DNA of 64,000 nucleotides from Podarcis cretensis (GCA_951804945.1 OX638150.1:79546001-79610000), one strand, 5' to 3'; shown: positions 1 to 15,177, counted from the stretch's first letter. The notes: generated by a model from the sequence alone, not told the origin. Numbers and translations are program-made.

Positions 1-2991
1 TTCTTTGCTCAGAATTGCTCCCTCCTAAAGATCCTATAATAAAAATAAAAGAGGCCATGGTTACTCACAGTTGTGTGATTTGATCCAGTAATGCCCCGAA
101 AGCTCTAGTATAGGGGTGAGAACCTTTCTCAGCCTGAGAGCCACATTCTTACATAAGCAACATTCCAGGGGCCACATGCGAGTAGTGGGTGTAGCAAAAG
201 TAACCAGACAGACACCACTGTCCATCTAGGCAAACAAACTTAACTATAATTACAGTTCAACGAGACATTCCAGCAAAGTAAAATATTGCAGAAGGGCAGA
301 GAACAGGGGCATTGAGGGGTGTGGCCTGGGCCATTCTGAGGGCCTATGGATGGAGACCTATGGAGAGCTGAGGTTTCCCACCCATGCCATATGCTTATCA
401 AGTTTCTACATTTCTACCTTTCATCAGGGCTGACTCAACAAAGCTGATGCCTCCTGCATTATTACTCATGGAGGGTGTGACCCCTAATTCCATAACCCCA
501 ACTCTGCATAGCTGGTGACCTACTTGTGGAATTGATCTCATAATCCCTGGCTTCCTGACCTTCTATTGACAGCATTTCTTGCAATAATAATTGCTGAGGT
601 CAGACAGTCTGATTCAAGTATCATCTTTTCTGTTTTAAGAACAAGGCAGTGGCTCCTAGCAAGAGAAGTCCCCCTCCCAAGGAGCCCATTTGCCATCACC
701 CACCAGAACAGAAGAGAACAGGTAAGATTTGCTACAGTTGTAGAGTCTTCAATACTTGCTGACTTTCTACCTCTTGGCTTCTGCTTTCTAATCTCATGAG
801 ACTTATGGCTAGTTGGTTCCCAAATTACTTTTCCTCACTTGCTCAGAAAGTGAATGCTGGGACCTGAAAAGAAACAGGTCAGGCGGTTCAGTGATAGCAG
901 CTTCTGCAAAATCAGTTAAGTTGGAAGAACACATTTTTTCTTGTTCATCCTGACAATCCTGTTTAGACAAACACAAACCCTTTCCCTTTTTACTGTTTTG
1001 CTCTGTGTTGTACAGTGTCTGGCTAGCCCACACCTCTTTATTAACTGACAGTCTGGTGAATATGAGTGCCAGGTGGGGAGAAAGGAAATTGGAAGAACTT
1101 TTGGCAGAAGTGGATTTAAAAAGACACACAATATTATTTGGGCAAGCTGGTAGGTATTTTGAACTTTCTGTACTTTCTGTAGTTTGTCACTTTGGGCAAA
1201 TGTCCAGGTCAGGAATTCAGACATTAAGCAAGAAAGTCACTCAAGAGATCTGTGACAGGTTTATATATATTGTTTTATTTATCAAAATTTATATACCACT
1301 TGATTGTTTTAAAACTTCTAAGTAGTTTACAATAAATATTTAAAATATCAATAAAAATTGATTAAAATAATTAAAAATAACTGAAATTAACAGTAAGAAC
1401 ATTTAAAACACATTGACATGTACATGTCTGAATAGACTTTCCTAAACAAAAATGTTTTAAGCAGCCACCAAAGAAATTAGTCCCCGTGAACAATGCTGGA
1501 TCAGCACTGGTAGATCTGACCTTACATCTAAATTCTCATTTCTCTTACATCCCTTCCTGAAATTTCACCGCTTTGTCATAAAGAAGCACAGGGGAAAAGT
1601 GTCTGTTGCCAGCTTTGTCATAAGGAATGGCTTTAATTATAGGGTGGAGAAGCTTAAGGTACCTTCCCAGGCTTGTGTAATTGGAACAGCTGTATCAGCA
1701 GCTGTGTGGCGTATGCAAAGACAGATAGATGTGTACCTTTCCATTTTAGTTTCATTCGATATCTTGTCTTGGACAACTTAGTTGTGATTAATGTCATAAG
1801 AGATGAATGCTTAAAGTTTCCCACTTCAAATGTTATTGTTTTATTTTGATGGTTTTGATGTAAATCACTCCCAAGATTTTTAACATATTCCATGGTACAA
1901 TTTCATAGGCAGAAAGCATATAATCAAACTGCAGCAGCCTTATTCTCCTATTTTTTTTATATATATTTTAAAACTACTTTGTGAGTAGGTGGTTTATAGA
2001 GCAGCATAGGAGAAAATGGTTGGAGTGTTTATGGCTTTATCCAATTCTCTACTCTAAATGCCCCAAACTACTTTCCACCCTTTGTTTGCTCTCATAAATG
2101 TGCTTTTAAAATCCAACAGGGGTAAAAGCAGCAGACAGGGTTGGAATAGAGAAGCAGTAGTAACTCCTCCTCCTTCTTGGCTCAAAATCCACCCCCTTAG
2201 AAGTGCTTTTACCTGGGAAAATAAAAGGACCATGGGATCCTGTGACTATGGGTCACAAGTGTGCATGAAGCTCCCAAGCTGTCTGTTGTTTCACCACTTG
2301 TCCTTTATTTCAGCCCTTTTATTTTGCACTTAATTTGTACCATCATATGTCGGCAGCCATGCATCTTAATCATTTTTCCAATTCCAGCACAAGCTATGTA
2401 CCCAACCACACATGACATGTGCTAATTTAAAAAAATTATGACAGGCAAACTAGCCTAGTTTAATATTTCAGTGGGCTCCATTCAGTTTCCTCTCGGTAGT
2501 TTTTGTTTGTGTACAGATGTACAGGATTCAACATGTTTTCTTTTCTTTTCCTATGGAGCGAACCAGCTTTTCCTGCCTTCTCAACACATGTATTTATCAT
2601 CTTATTGAATGCTGATCTTAGTCATCTATCTTCTGTCACCAAATCATCAGGCAGGCCCTTTAACTTGTTTATTTTGTAAAGTATAGCATGAAGTATATTC
2701 ATTAAACATTGGTTTGTGGCTTTAAAAAGAGGGGGGGAATACATTTTAAAAGGGTTGCAAAACAACTCCAAAATTGGAGGGAGAGAATGGCTGGTTCTTG
2801 TGGCATCACAAACCTATTAAGTCTTGTGCACAGCTGACTTCTGCTGCAAACTGGCAGGACTGGTATTCCCTGAGTTCAGCCATGGACTGGGGAACGTGAA
2901 TGAACCAAATATGTTTCTTAAGTGGCTCCACTGCTAAAACAATGCATATTAGCATTAATCCTTTGCCTTATTTATTTAATATCAAAGTATT

Positions 2992-3140
2992 TAGGAACAT
3001 AGGAAGCTGTCTTACTAGCTGGCAGGCCTCTCTGTTGTTTCAGGCAGGGCTCTCTCCCAGTCCTATCTGGATATGTCAAGGACTGATCCTGGGACCTTCT
3101 ACATACAAAGCAGATACTCTATCACTGAGCTACAGCCCTT
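2992..3140 (-). mobile_element. Degraded tRNA-headed SINE; a related copy lies at ~38320-38610
   Basis: Ends CACTGAGCTACAGCCC (reverse of a tRNA-like head); AGGAACATAGGAAGCTG tail. Confidence 0.5.
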
Positions 3141-5289
3141 CTGTATTATACCTTTCCTTTTTGACTGGGGGGAAAAAATCAAGATCACTAATACAAGGGG
3201 CCTTGCTGCTTCTCTCTCTTAGTGTTGCCTTCAAAGTGGCTAGTCGCTGACAGAGTATATAAACGTTTAGAGAATGCGCTCTTAAGAAACAGTGGACATA
3301 CAAACACTTCACACAGACTGAATGTGCCAATGCCATCTAGCATTATTTTTCTCCATATAGTGATGCAAAATGTCTGAGAAACCACAACACATTGGACCTT
3401 CTCAGAGAACGCTATACTAACCATAAAGGGCCAAGTATGACTATTTTCCAAAGCACTAGATCCAAAAGCATAAAAACATTTCAAGTGCAAATTGTCCCTC
3501 TCAGTTGCTTTCCCCCGCATTGGGGGGAGAAGGGAATACAGGAAGGGAATTCTATCAGAAAAATGGAGGAAAGATACACACAACCCTTTCCCCACTGCTT
3601 CTCTGCTACATATCACCCCCCCCTCCTAAAGTTGTCTGTTACATGCACTTATGTGCAATGCGTAGTTAAGCCTCCAAAAATAAATATAAACTTGGGTTTG
3701 TTAATGGTTTGTTGACAGTTTCTCATACAGCAAACAATGCATCTTACAGCAATACTCCAGCAAACTTCCTGCTCCTCCTCACTCATCAAAACATAACCCA
3801 TCTTTCTTCCTTAAAGAAACAAAAATAGAAATGGAAAATAAAAATACTATTAATAATAGCAACAATAGCAACAGAAATATTTCTCATGCATACAGTTATA
3901 TATATCTAGAATTATATAAATCGAAGTGGCCATCCTTCTGCATTTTACCAGTTGGGACCTTTTTATAAGCAACCAGCTGCAGGAGATCATACTACAATAC
4001 TTGGTACCACTCTAAATTTTCAGTGCCTCAAGATTATTCTTTTAGCTAAATAATTCCCTCTGTCAATCCCCATTTATTTTATACATAGACAGCTATTGCA
4101 TTTACACCAGTAATTTCTAAAGATGCAGTCAAAACTAAACTTACTGCATTCTAGTTTGAACCACTTTCCAAAAACTGACAACACTTTAGGCAAAAATCCT
4201 AAGGAAAACTTTATATTATGTAAAGCTGACCTCCAACATGCTAGCTGAAATTTATTTTTGAGCTCCATATTTCATTTAAATCTATCTGATCTAAATTAGA
4301 GATTAACCTGTTGTGCATCACAGAATACAAACTTTTGCTGGTTCTCTTAAAGACCACCACTGCATGTGCTTAAACTGCATATGTAACCCACTGCTGTATA
4401 CTGCATTAAGAAGGCTACACATGTGCAGTGGGAGAGGCCACCATTATGGACTAGTGCATTACCTCAGAACAGTTTGGATGACGCTTGTTGTTTGCTTTTT
4501 GTTAAGCTGTGAATTCTTGAAAACAGGTTCCTTGTTTGTTGTTGTTCTTTATGTTATGAAAGACTGATAGTTTTAGCTTCTTGAGTGTGAACCCCTCCAG
4601 CCAGCATTAAGACCAAGCTCAGAAAAAGGGTTTTGTGGTGACACAACTGGAAAGACAGAATTTTGGGAGGGCAGTGCTGAGTTCTATTAATTTCATAGCA
4701 TTAATGTAAATTGTATCATTTATGTAAAATCCTTATTTATGTACTACAGTACTGTTTGATGTTTGAGAGCTTTATGACCAGCTGTCACCCAGTTGCAGAC
4801 AGTGACCTAGCAGAGGACCTGGTAGAGGCAGTGACTATAGAAGTCCTTCAAGAACCTCTGGACCTTAGCTGCATAGTAACAAGCTCTTTCAGAAGTCATT
4901 AATGCTCAGCTTCATTTGCTTCTTCTTTTCTTAAAAAATAATTTTTATTAAGTTTCCATTTACCAAATCAAACACATCATACCAATTAATCCAAATTATA
5001 ACAATGCAAATCATAAAATCCAAATATTTTCCAAATTATAAGTTTTTGTGGGGTGTACCCATGCTTCAAGATCAGCTTCCTTTGCTTCTGATCTGTTTTG
5101 TTGACTCTAGATCCCATCTCCATACTTATTCATCAAGTATGTGGGGTAAAATACTTTCACATGATTGAACATATCATAGTTGTAATATGAAACGACATTT
5201 ATGCTCCAGATTGATTATAATGCCAACAGCCCTAGATTCAAGTGGTTCTGCTTTGGCTCTAATCTGGTTGGCACAGAGGCAAAAAAGTT

Positions 5290-5925
5290 GCTGAGGTCAG
5301 AGAGAGGGTGGTAACCTGGAAGGGGGACTAAGGGACTGTACAGTATTGCTCGGTTCATGTGAGAAGAGGCTGTCCATGAGGCATTGGGGTCCTGAGCAGG
5401 CATAAGACGTTACAGGTCAACTTAACACTTTGAATTGAGCCAGGCGAAAAATTGGCAGCTCGTTCAGTTGTGCCAGAATTTGAATTCTATGTTCAGACTG
5501 CTCTGCCCCAGTCAACAATCTGGCTACCAAATTCTGCACATGCTGCAGTTTCTAAACCATCTTTGAAGGCAGCTAAGGTATAACAAAGTGCAATAATCCA
5601 ACCTAGAGGTTACCAGAGCATAGACTAGACTTCTCCACGACCCTTCCCCTCTGCAGGGAAGTGGGACTGATTTGGATGGTATGCCCCCGCCACTTAATGG
5701 ACCCAAATGGTTTCCAGAGAGTGGTAGGAGTTATTTTATTCCATGTTGATGGCCTTTCAGCTGATTCCCTGGTGATCTGCTGGAATGCAGAGTTAACCAG
5801 GGCTATCGACTGTCTGACTTCGAAGCACCCTCTCCAATTGCATGGAGCCTCGATAGCCCTGTGGTTTTCCCTGGAGCTGAGGGCAATGAAACAATCGCTG
5901 AGATGGCTAGAGTGCCAGTGGTTAA
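5290..5925. mobile_element. Two L2 LINE fragments in opposite orientation
   Basis: Minus: VYALVTSRLDYC (ORF 5524-5706). Plus: WNAELTRAID...WFSLELRAMKQSLRWLECQW (ORF 5661-5960). Confidence 0.7.
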
Positions 5926-7299
5926 TTTTATTGTTATTTTTAGACTTTAAAATTTGTTGACTTTTCCCAGTATGTATTTGAAAAGTGGTACATTTTAAAA
6001 TACAAAATCAAGGTTTGAAATAAATATTATGTAATTAAAGTTCTTCTAACCCAAACTATAGATAATATTCACTTAACTTTTTAATCCACTACTCACTTCT
6101 AGAGACCTCTGCTTTTTAAAACTCCCAGCTATGCACCCTTTTCTGATTCTGCTACTACCCCTCTGCTTGTGATTTCTCATGCTCCTAAAATGAGAGCAGG
6201 ACTATTTTTAGTATATAAAAGTATGCAAAGCACTACAGCTCCTCAGCTAAGCTGATGGAGCTAAATTGTCTTTATATTTTTATTCAAATGTATGTGGAAA
6301 TTTAGTAACATGAGGTTTAACTAATTTATTTATTGATAATCTATTTGAGTAAATCTTTCTTTTAGTGGTATCATTTCTGTCTGCCCAAATGTCATCCACA
6401 TGACTCACTCCCTAAACTGCATACTATCCTTATATAGAATTCAACAGATAAGTATAATAGCACTGAAGAGGACTTTAACCCCCCCCCCAAAAAAAAAACC
6501 CACAACAACATCCTTTACAAAATGCTTTAAATCTTTCTGCACTTTCAGAGAATCACTAGGGCAGTAAGGGAACCCTAAAGTGCTGATTAGCTGCTGCTCC
6601 TGTAAGAATTTCCTGAAACATACCCCATGTGTTGTCATCCCCCAAACTTGTGTCCTTTCTGCACTTATATGCACAGCAAAGCCAGAATCATTGGCAACCC
6701 TATTCACATGCAAGGGGTTGTAAAATACATGTACTGTACTTCTGGTTGTGTGCAAGTTTTTTGCTGTAGCCAATAGAATTGACAAGCCCTCGCCTTTATT
6801 TGAAACCGCTCTCCAGTTCAGCTGGTTGATTGGCTGCTGCAAAAATATCCCAAACTCTGCTGGCTGCTCTTAAGATTCTCCCTTATCCATCCATATCATA
6901 GTCTAGGATTGCAGCCTAAAAGTGTTACAAATGTTACTCACTTGTTCCACTCAGTCCACATGCCTTTCCAAAAAAAGGAAATACGAGATGATAAGCTGTA
7001 GTGGCAAAGCTAAGAAGACATTGCCTGTTTCATGTAGTATCTGGCAGAAAATCTTGGCTTTGTCAACAAGTTTTCACTGGACGTGGGAGTCTCAGCCAGT
7101 TGCAGTTTCTCACTGGTGAAATTAATTTCACGGTGCTGTTTGCGAACGCGAGCTGGCGACATTCGCACGTTACACTGTGGAACCCAATCCTTTGCCTTTT
7201 CTATATTTTGTTATTAAAAATTGTATACCGCCCTTCACCTACAGATCTAGGGCGGTTCACTAAGGCCCACTAGGCTTCCCTGCCGATAAAATGTGTGCA

Positions 7300-8900
7300 G
7301 GAGTGCAGCCTTCAGGCATCCTGAGGGGGAATTTAAAAGTAACGCGGAAAACTATGGATGCCGCTCCTGGTGTATTTTTGTACGCTGCGACATTTTTCAA
7401 CAACCCCGCGGAGCGCCTGCCGCAGCCCTCAGAAGCGCGACGCCGCACTAAGACGGCGAGGCGCCGCCTTTCCCAATTCAGGTGCGACAACAGGGCTGCC
7501 GGCCGGAGAGCGAGCGAGCGAACGCCTCCCGCGGAAAAGGCGAGAGGCCGAGAAAGGCAGCGAGCGGGAAAAGCGCCTCTTCTCGCGCTCTCCCCTTCCG
7601 CCCACTCCCTTTCTTCGTCCCTCCCCTCGGCTCACGCTAGGAGAATGAACGTAGGAGATTCCGGTAGGCGGACTCCTCCCCCCTTTCCACGGTGCTGATT
7701 GGCCCCTTCCAGCCCTGGCGTCGATAGGCCACGCGGAAGAATCGGCGGGCGGCCATTGGCCGGGGTGATCGGAATTAGGGAGCCGTGCGCACATCAGCAG
7801 GGAGGGTGCGCGGGGTCGTGTGCAAACCGCGTGTGGCGCAGCCAGCAGGGACTCAACGGCAGCGGGTGGAAGAGAGAGAGAGAGAGGCCAAGTCAAGTCG
7901 TGCGCACGCGGAGCAGCGGAGAGGGGGGGCAGAAGAGCAGGAGCGGGGAGAGTCCATCGCCGCGCGGGGGAGGTCCAGCTTCAACCGACGACAGAACCGA
8001 AATCGAGAGAGGGGTAACCCTCGGTGAGGTAGGCCGACGGGGTTGGCGTAGTTTGAGGGGGGGGGGGATTGAGTGAGGAGAAAAGCTCTCTGGGCGGGGT
8101 GAGGGAAGGAGGGCGCTGGCTCGTTCCGGCCTACTGCGCGGGAAAAGGAATAAAACACGGTACTCGGCCGCGGTTGTTTCTGAGGAAGACGGGAAGAAGG
8201 GCTCGCTGAGGGCGCTCTGTGGTCGACCCCCTCGCGGGAGGGCTGAGGCGGTTGCAGGTAGGTGGGCTCCTCGTTCCCGCCTTCTGGGCCGGGAAGGAGA
8301 CGGGGGCCACCTCCCGCGCTTGGGAGGGAGACGGGACGGGCGGGTCCTGCCCGTCACGAGAAGCGCTCGTTTGGTCTGGGCCCTGTGCAGGCCCTGCGCG
8401 CCTGCGCGTGAGATTTCAAACGAGCCGCGAGGGTTGGAGTTGGACGCGGACACATCATGAGGCGGAGGGAGAAGAGGCCTTCGCTCAGCACGCGAGGCTG
8501 CTCTCCTTCCCCCCCCCCCCACGGCCGCTCCCCATAACAGTGTCGTCGTGGGAGTGTGTCCTCGTGGGGAGGCTCGGGACCTCAAAGCGAGGCGTTCCGC
8601 CTGGGGCCGCCCTCTAGCTAGTTCGGGAAAGGTGCTCGTCTCCGATGGCGTCGCCGCCGCCGCCGCCTTCCCCGCGCGTCCTCCACGTGTTCGGCTGAGT
8701 AACTCGCAAGAGGAGCCAGCTTTTTAGCCGATCCATTGTAATTCACGGCCGTGTCTGTGACGCTCGAAGATGGCGTGTGCTGCTGTCCGCCCATTGGTGA
8801 GTGTGGCGCGCTCCTCGGTCGGGGAAAGGCGGCGCGCCCGACCCTCAGTTGGGAAACAAGCCCCGCTGGCTCCAGTGGGACTTGATCTCAAGCAAGGCGG
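7300..8900 (+). promoter_or_regulatory. CNBP: CpG-island promoter of CNBP (two inverted CCAAT boxes, GC box, YY1-like sites)
   Basis: Sharp rise in GC and CpG; ATTGG at 7698-7702 and 7755-7759; GGGCGG at 7747-7752; AAGATGGCG at 8767-8775. Confidence 0.85.
7820..8023 (+). other. CNBP: CNBP non-coding exon 1 (5'UTR); start approximate
   Basis: GCGTGTGGCGCAG at ~7829 resembles the start of the human CNBP 5'UTR as I recall it. Donor CG|GTGAGG at 8024, with a possible alternative AG|GTAGGC at 8029. Confidence 0.6.
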
Positions 8901-9869
8901 GTGTGCTTGCAGCCTTGAGACGTGTGTGAACCGCTGATCATTCTGCGAAAGTGTGATGCACTGCTAGGTGCTTTAAGTAACACGGGGGACAAGCACGGTG
9001 CTTGGAGGACTTGACAGTGTAAAATCCAGTGGAGAGAGCCAAGGACTTTATTGTAGTATTCTGTATCACTTGAGTACTATTTAAAGGAATAGGCTGAGGA
9101 AGAGTTCAAATGAGCCAAGCAGTCTGTGTTCTGATGGAGAGGTCAGTTACTAAGGAACAATCTGAGAGGAGGAAGCCTGAAAAAGCAGGTGACTTAAAAA
9201 GTGGCACCAGAGCATTATTAACCAGAACTACTTCTAAAGTACATGTAAATCTTGCACGTTGTTGATTCTGTTGCTACTGCTAGGGCAGATCATAACTAAA
9301 TACCAAATTCCCAGTTGAATCCTGGCTGAAGCACAATTGTGAATTTTGTGTAACAGATGCTCTTAACTACTTGGTAACTGCAGGTCCTCTGAAAATAAGG
9401 CAGTGGCATACTTGTGTATGTCCTGATCTGATCGATTTATAGTGCTCAAGGAAGTTTATATTGATGCAGGTCTCAGTTGCTTATGCTACTATAATTTCAT
9501 TTGCATTTAAAATGTTCTAGGATTATTAAGTGTTTGTAGCAGGTTCATACTGTTGCCCTTTAGAAATTTAACATATGCTTACTTTGTCATTTAAAGCATT
9601 TTTATGCTGCCTCATAGAAAAGTTATCTGGGTGACTTAAATTGCTTAAATAAGAGAAGAATTGAATACAAATAAGGCATAGAATCATGAAATCAAAGACA
9701 ATGTAAATATAACAAGCACAAGTTATTGCACCCCCAAAACTAAAACAGATTTAAAAACAGATGCCCAAGCTACATAATTTATTTAAAAGCCTTGCCTAGT
9801 TGGAGTGTCCCTTTGGCTGAACTGTTAAAGCTAACTATTAAATAAATATACTTGTCTGAGCTCCTAAGC

Positions 9870-10042
9870 CAGTGGTGGCCAAACTTTTTCCAAAGAGGGC
9901 CAGATTTGATGAAGTGGAGGGCCAACCAAAGTTGTTGAGCTTTTTTAAGGATTTTACCCCAGGAAATAAACTGCCATAGGGGCCGGATTAAACCGACTGG
10001 CGGGCCATATTAGATACCCGAAACAGACTTTGGACATGCCTG
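9870..10042. mobile_element. hAT-type MITE in CNBP intron 1
   Basis: 8-bp TSD TCCTAAGC (9862-9869, 10043-10050); imperfect CAG...CTG terminal inverted repeats. Confidence 0.8.
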
Positions 10043-12074
10043 TCCTAAGCTGTGCTGGGTCTTGACCTTTTCAATGGCAGCTATTAACTTACAGAACTAA
10101 AAAATCTGGGCAAAGTCTAATGTGATAAATGTGGGACAAAAGGTGGAAAATAATTGCTTCATAGTGACAATAAAGATTTCATCAAAAAGGTATCAGATTG
10201 TGTTTATAATCATTTTCTGGTAAATTTCTCTTCATTGCCTTCACACTGCATTTCAGAAACATTCTGAGTGCCTCTCACCATAATGCGAGTTGGAAATCTG
10301 ATCCTATCTATTTCCCATGTTATCTCTGAGTATTAGAGAACTTGAGCATATTCCTATAATGTAGGCGTAGTTCACCTAAGGGCCGCATGGGTGGTTGGTG
10401 AACAGTTAAGCCACTTGCCATTGTAAATGGCCAAACGCAGTGTAGGGCTGGGCTATTATCATACACTCTCACTATTTCTTGATTGTGATGGGGAGAAAGG
10501 CATGTTCCATCTCCTATGAGTGCTCTCTGCCATTTACAAGGAGTAGAAGGCACATGAAGATGATGCTTCCCATCACAACTGAGCTTACTCCAAGGCAGCA
10601 AAATTGGATGGTGGTCAGGAAATGTTGGGGGCGGGGGCCTTGGGCACCTGTGATCATTGTTAGAAACTCAGATGTGTAAGCTAAGTGCCAAATGGCTCCT
10701 TAAATTATGGTTACAGTCGCCAAAACAGAATTCCTAGTTACCATTTTGGGGCCAGACTGCTCTAAAGTCATATTTTTAAATACAGCATTTGGTTCCTGAA
10801 ATTCATTCTGATTCTGCAGATAAAATATAACAGATAGAATTCTACAGCATGTGTTGCTGGTGTGTGAAAACAAAGATCCAAGGATCCCCAGGCATGCAAC
10901 TCCAAGATGGTGGAGGTGTCAGGCGTCATCCTAGTGCCTGAGCATCTTCACATGGTCGCAAGTGGCTGATAACCAGGTGCAAAATGCGCCTGATGATTTC
11001 AAACATTGCCTCTGATGGATCACATTGTAGGTTTGTGAGGGCTGCATGTGGGACATGACTCATGAATTGCCCAAGTGCTATACTGTACTGAGTTATTTCT
11101 TATTTAGCAGCAGGCAGTAGTTTTACAAGGCACAAAACTTACCTGCTATTAATAGTTCATGGATATAAGCTTTTTCTAACACAGAGATGGGTGTCTATAT
11201 TATTATACTGTGCACCTGTTTGCCTTCTCTGGAGTCATTGAAATGGTGCAGGAAGGGGAGATTTATCTTGAAAGTAGAGAGAAGAAAAAGTAATAGGCTA
11301 AACTTGGAAGGAGGTGACATAAGGCATCAGAGATTTTTACCTCTTGTGGTTCCTGGGGGGGATTATGTGTTGGAAAAATAGTCATGGGGATGGACTATAC
11401 CTAAATGGAGCAGAGGGAAGATGAATGAACTAGAATGAATGAAAGGATAAGAAGGTATAGGAAGAGGTTTATGCAAAAGGCCAAATGAGGCAGTATGTGG
11501 GAAGAATTGTGGCTTGAGAGAAGAACTGGTGGAAGAGGAACAAAGGAGACAAAAGATAAGTCAGAGCCAGTATAGAATGGGGAAGAGACACTAGTTGGGT
11601 GCTGACAGCAGCCTATGTCATATTTCAATACACACTCTCACAGGATGCCTGCTGAAAGATGGACATCTGTACCCCTGAGTTCCAGCAAGAATATGCCAAA
11701 TAACTTAATAGGAAGGAGCTGACTCTTAAAATGTGACAGGAAGGGCTTAGGTGCTAGTTTTTGATTCATATGAATTGTATTGGGTATTCAACCCTGCTCA
11801 TGTGCTGCTCACATTGGTAGCAGATAAAGATCTTATTGGGTGGAGAAGAACCAGCTACATCTCCTGAGCTCTTGGGAATAAAGGGAAGGGTGGGGAACAG
11901 TTACATTGCTTGGACTTCTTGTATGGAAGATGAGATAATGCCAAAAGAATGATGGTATATAAATGTAAACAATGAAATTAGTACATGAGCAAAGTCAGAT
12001 AAAGAAAAGTGAGATTCACAACAGTAATTTGTAACAGGTAGAGTTGGATGTTATCCTCCATGTTAGGTTTAGAG

Positions 12075-12568
12075 CAGGGGTCTGCAACCTTTAAGACAAA
12101 AAGAGCCACTTGGACCCATTTCCGAAGGGAAAAAAACCTGGGAGCCGCAAAACTCGTCATTATAAAAATAACTTTTTTGTCACTTTTTTATTATTTCTTT
12201 GTTTGACCCCTCAGAATTACTCCTCCTCATAGAAATAAACGTTAAATTAACAAGTTACCTTTTTTGTGTGTGTGTTCTTCACTCCCCTTCAAAACAGTGA
12301 CCAGCGTACATGCCCCCTTTCACTGCAGTGACCAGCGTACATGCCCCTTACAAATGTAGCGGGCGGGCGGGAAGGTGACGTCGGGACGGTGCGTGACTAA
12401 CGCACGCACTGCCCCCATGCGACGTCACAGCCAGTACAGCGCCTGCCACAGTGGGGAGTGTTGGGGCGCACAATGCTCCTCCTCCCCTCGTTAGTATCCA
12501 CCCCGGAGCCGCGGCAATGGTGTAAAAGAGCCACATGCGGCTCCGAAGCCGCGGGTTGCAGACCCCTG
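12075..12568. mobile_element. Non-autonomous hAT element in CNBP intron 1
   Basis: Perfect 15-bp TIR CAGGGGTCTGCAACC; TSD GTTTAGAG/GTTTAGCG; internal tandem duplication CAGTGACCAGCGTACATGCCCC. Confidence 0.88.
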
Positions 12569-12781
12569 GTTTAGCGTATAGCCATTGGACTTAATATGCT
12601 GTATTATTAGAAATTTTAGGTTGTGTCAATACTGTGAAAAATGAAAGCAGTTTACATTTGAACAGTATTTATAGGTAGTTTACAAGTTGGCATCAAGCAC
12701 TTCAGCTCTTGTAAATATTATCATATAAATATATTATTCTAACAACATTTTCCCTCTTTTTTAGGAAACCTAATTGCAGCA

Positions 12782-14353
<1,572 letters not shown>

Positions 14354-15171
14354 NNNNNNNNNNNNNNNNNNNNNNNNNNNNNNNNNNNNNNNNNNNNNNN
14401 NNNNNNNNNNNNNNNNNNNNNNNNNNNNNNNNNNNNNNNNNNNNNNNNNNNNNNNNNNNNNNNNNNNNNNNNNNNNNNNNNNNNNNNNNNNNNNNNNNNN
14501 NNNNNNNNNNNNNNNNNTTTAACTACAAAAATGTTTATGTTTAGTTTGGTAGAGGTGTTATGTATAATGCTTTGTTAAAGAACCCCCTTTCCGTGCCACT
14601 GGTGAATAGGGATGGATGAGTGGAAAGAGTTAAGTCAGACCAGCAAAGCCTCCCTGGGTTCCATGGAAGTGATCATATGCAGGAGGAAAACAAACTGGAA
14701 GTGTCTGAACTTCCACAGTAACTAATTACAATAATGGCCTTGGATTATCTGACCTCAATAACTGTTATAACACCGAGTATCTGTATCAGGCCTTACCTAG
14801 AGCGTATAGCTAAGTGGGATAAACAAAACAATGCACATGCCTGTTAATGGCCACGAGAGTGAGGGAGAAATCGAGAACTGAAGTAACAGTAATACAATAA
14901 GTGAATGTCTAATATGAGATAACAAGGTAATGGGAAACATTAAATATTTCAAATTAAATCAAACCCAGAACATCAGTGCTTTAGAGCATACACAATTTGG
15001 AGCTATTCAGGACTTGCAAAGAAATGCATTTTCACAGAAATCAAGATGTTATTTTTGTATACTATATCACTTAGACAACTGTTGAGTTTCATTTGCTTGT
15101 AATCAGTTTTTAAAGTCAGATGGTAAAAGCAATTGAAGTCCTAGAATATAGAAATGTAATTTTAAACTATC

Positions 15172-15177
15172 AATAAA
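15172..15177 (+). terminator. CNBP: CNBP polyadenylation signal AATAAA
   Basis: AATAAA followed by GCTGGAGGAGGAAGGGG and then a T/GT-rich tract; it ends a block resembling the human CNBP 3' end. Confidence 0.75.

Noticed and set aside
809-1224. Minus-strand ORFs of 106 and 102 aa
   Set aside because: No recognisable homology and no consistent splice sites.
7260-8617. Many overlapping 65-230 aa ORFs on both strands
   Set aside because: Arg/Pro/Gly/Ala-rich products of a stop-poor CpG island; no recognisable domains.
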